A DNA stretch of 64,000 nt from NCBI GenBank assembly GCA_016933535.1, contig JAFGAS010000077.1, positions 1,540 to 65,539 on the forward strand, given 5' to 3'. Position 1 is the first letter of the stretch. Every line of letters begins with the position of its first letter. The position numbers and the translations under genes were made by a program. The DNA is from Candidatus Zymogenaceae bacterium (lineage in GTDB: Bacteria; Desulfobacterota; Zymogenia; Zymogenales; Zymogenaceae). This document shows, piece after piece, positions 62,009-64,000 of this stretch. Under the pieces are notes generated by a model, which saw nothing but the letters and a program-made list of their open reading frames with translations, was not told where the DNA came from and did not search any database.

Positions 62009-63133
62009 TCACAGGCGGGACACAAAATTCGCCAGTGCCTCGACTCCCCTGACAAACTCGTCGCGCCGGGTTCCCACCCCAATCCGGAATTTGCCCTCAT
62101 CCCCGAAGACGTCCCCCGGCAGAATGAGGACATCCCTTTGCTTGATGAGGCCCAGCGCAAGGTCCCGGCCCGTCATTCCCGGCACGGAAAGCGTGACGAA
62201 TCCCGTGTATCCGCCCCGCGGCCTTACCCAGGAGAGCTTGCCCCCGGAGTCCTTTACCACCCGGTCGAACAGGGTGATGTTTTCGGCGGCAATGCCCATG
62301 TTGCGCGCCAGGATTTTTTCCTTGTGTTCCAGCGCGATGACCGAGAGATACTCTGAGGGTCCGGCGGCACACATCGTCGTGTAGTCCTTGAGGGCCGAGG
62401 CCTCCTGAAGGATATCGCGCCGCCGGCAGGCGAGCCACCCGATCCTGAGTCCCCCCAGTCCGTAGGGCTTGGTCATGTCGCCGATGGTCACGACGTTTTC
62501 GGCAAGGTCCGCGGCATGGGCAACGACGTCCGCCTTGTCATAAAAGGCCCCCCAGTAGACCTCGTCGGAGACCAACAACGCCCCGTATCGACCGCAGATA
62601 TCCACGATCTCGGTGAGCAGTGCGGCGCTCAGGATCGATCCGGTGGGGCTGTGGGGGTGATTGATGACGACCATTTTTGCAGGCCTTTTTGCCAATAGGC
62701 CGGCAAGACGCTCGGGGTCGGGAACGTAATCCTCCGATTCCATCAGATCAAGCCAATCGACCTCCACGCCGAGATCTTCGGCCACCTGGAAGAGCGTCTG
62801 GTAGAGGGGTTTCTCGGCTATGATCCGGTCTCCCGGGGAGATCTCGGTATGCATCAAGAGGAAGATCGCCTCCGACCCCCCGCAGCAAAGCTGGATATCG
62901 GCGGCGGCGAGGTTCTCATATTCTTCGGCAATCAGCTCTCTGAGCCGCTCGTCGCCCTTGTTCTCCCGGTACCCGAGGCCCAGAGAAAGGTACTCGTTCC
63001 TCCGTTCTTCTCCGGCCATTGCCAGGAGGTCGGCCGTCGTCGTTTCGGCCCCGCAGGATGCGCTGATGTTGGTGCCGACGGAAAATTCCCATTGAACGTA
63101 GAAGCGCTCCAGCGCGCTGGGGGTTGTCTTCAT
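62009..63133 (-). CDS. class I/II PLP aminotransferase
   Basis: Typical fold-type I layout (...VINHPHSPTG..., ...DEVYW..., ...KPYGLGGLRIGW...). ATGA overlap with kamE. Confidence 0.85.
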   Translation of the reverse strand: MKTTPSALERFYVQWEFSVGTNISASCGAETTTADLLAMAGEERRNEYLSLGLGYRENKGDERLRELIAEEYENLAAADIQLCCGGSEAIFLLMHTEISPGDRIIAEKPLYQTLFQVAEDLGVEVDWLDLMESEDYVPDPERLAGLLAKRPAKMVVINHPHSPTGSILSAALLTEIVDICGRYGALLVSDEVYWGAFYDKADVVAHAADLAENVVTIGDMTKPYGLGGLRIGWLACRRRDILQEASALKDYTTMCAAGPSEYLSVIALEHKEKILARNMGIAAENITLFDRVVKDSGGKLSWVRPRGGYTGFVTLSVPGMTGRDLALGLIKQRDVLILPGDVFGDEGKFRIGVGTRRDEFVRGVEALANFVSRL

Positions 63134-63888
63134 GCCCTGCCCTCCTTCTCAAGAAGCCGATTAAGGATAAACCAGGCTACGTGTGACGGCAGCGTGCCCC
63201 GCCCGAAGCCGGCGTCAAAGCCGAGCTCCTTGGCAAGTTCCCGGGTGATCCGCGGTCCGCCGACAACAAGGATGACCCCGTCCCGAACGTGCTCGGCCTC
63301 CAGAAGATCTACGAGACGGGTGAGATTCCTGACGTGGACTTCCTTTTGCGTCACCACCTGGGAGACGAGGATGACCTCGGCCTTTTCCCGGATCGCCTCG
63401 CGGACGACTTCTTCGGCGCTCACCTGGGCGCCCATGTTGATGGCCCGGATGTTCTTGTAGCGCTCCAGGCCGTAGTCCCCGGAATAGCCTTTCATGTTCA
63501 TGATGGCGTCGATGCCGACGGTATGGGCGTCGCTCTCGATGCAGGCGCCGACCGCCGTAATGACGCGGCCCAGCTTCTCTTCGATCATGTGGTCGATGAC
63601 CTTCATGTTCGGGATCTTTTCATCGCCCCGGTCAAAACCCTTGATTTGTCCGATATCGACAGAATGCCTGACCTTCCCGTAGAGGACGATAAAGGTCATT
63701 TCCGACCCGATGTCGTCACAGCTGCTCACGTACGGGTCGTCTATCCCCATCTTGCCCGCCAGGCGCCGGGCGGCCTCCTCGGCTATCTCTCCCGAGACGC
63801 CCGGAAGCGTGAACGAGAGCTGGACGGCTCCGTCCCCCATGGCGTCGCCGTACGGTTTTACGATTCCTTTCTTGTCCTGTTGGGCCAT
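63130..63888 (-). CDS. kamE: beta-lysine (D-lysine) 5,6-aminomutase beta subunit, B12-binding
   Basis: KPYGD..., ESDAHTVG (DxHxxG B12 motif), LVVGGPRIT. I prefer the ATG at 63888, one nt after the kamD stop, over the track start at 63924. Confidence 0.9.
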   Translation of the reverse strand: MAQQDKKGIVKPYGDAMGDGAVQLSFTLPGVSGEIAEEAARRLAGKMGIDDPYVSSCDDIGSEMTFIVLYGKVRHSVDIGQIKGFDRGDEKIPNMKVIDHMIEEKLGRVITAVGACIESDAHTVGIDAIMNMKGYSGDYGLERYKNIRAINMGAQVSAEEVVREAIREKAEVILVSQVVTQKEVHVRNLTRLVDLLEAEHVRDGVILVVGGPRITRELAKELGFDAGFGRGTLPSHVAWFILNRLLEKEGRA

Positions 63889-63889
63889 A

Positions 63890-64000
63890 TCACGCCTCGA
63901 GGAACGGATTGTAGTAGTCATCATCCTTTTTCACCACGCCGTCGATCCCCTTGCCCCCTTTGGGATCCCGGTGGATATCGGCAAACATCCCCCGGGCCAG
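63890..64000 (-). CDS. kamD: lysine 5,6-aminomutase alpha subunit, C-terminal 36 codons only
   Basis: Own translation: LARGMFADIHRDPKGGKGIDGVVKKDDDYYNPFLEA followed by a stop. The position directly upstream of kamE fits kamD. Confidence 0.75.
   Translation of the reverse strand: MARGMFADIHRDPKGGKGIDGVVKKDDDYYNPFLEA

Overview
GC-rich bacterial chromosomal window with dense coding on both strands. I recognised no rRNA, tRNA, CRISPR array, transposase or integrase. All product calls rest on by-eye recognition of signature motifs in the supplied translations, and no database search was run. The gene content (three sigma-54 promoters, two bEBP regulators, an NAD-linked [NiFe] hydrogenase, lysine fermentation genes) suggests an anaerobe, possibly Desulfobacterota or Geobacter-like; this is inference only.

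Modules in order:
- (1) 1-8.6 kb, mixed genes: a zinc-ribbon ORF, a secreted protein, a V4R-like gene bracketed by an ~88-bp direct repeat that duplicates the 3' end of a membrane-HD gene, a TetR / PfkB kinase / class II aldolase / isochorismatase cassette, and a secreted C39-like peptidase.
- (2) 9.0-14.8 kb, a five-gene phosphorelay cluster (REC, REC-HK, REC, PAS-HK, NtrC-type bEBP) behind a sigma-54 promoter.
- (3) 15.4-21.7 kb, hoxFUYH-hoxW-hypE behind a second sigma-54 promoter whose upstream architecture is a spacing-conserved copy of the first.
- (4) 21.7-36.2 kb on the minus strand, a ~14-kb glycan biosynthesis operon: WecA-like initiator, six glycosyltransferases, two DegT aminotransferases, WbqC, a PIG-L deacetylase, a methyltransferase, a radical SAM/SPASM enzyme with a micro-ORF, and a tandem-REC protein at the end.
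- (5) 36.5-51.4 kb on the plus strand, a second bEBP, an AT-rich leader with a near-consensus sigma-54 promoter, then one long translationally coupled operon. It carries an ExeA-like ATPase, HD-GYP, Wza-like, Wzc-like and Wzy/O-antigen-ligase-like genes. These are fused to a peptide-maturase-like set: an NTP_transf_5-like protein, a tandem PqqD protein, two radical SAM/SPASM enzymes, an HPr-kinase-like P-loop protein and a SipW-type signal peptidase. No precursor gene was recognised. This set is the most interesting candidate system in the window.
- (6) 51.5-56.7 kb on the minus strand, an MBL-fold hydrolase plus two large tandem paralogous membrane-anchored proteins of unknown family.
- (7) 56.8-58.5 kb, a HIT protein and aspartate kinase.
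- (8) 58.5-64.0 kb on the minus strand, a lysine-fermentation cluster: kamD (partial), kamE, two aminotransferases, a Kal-like hotdog protein and kamA.

Many long ORFs in the track are antisense shadows of real genes, as expected in GC-rich DNA, and were rejected.
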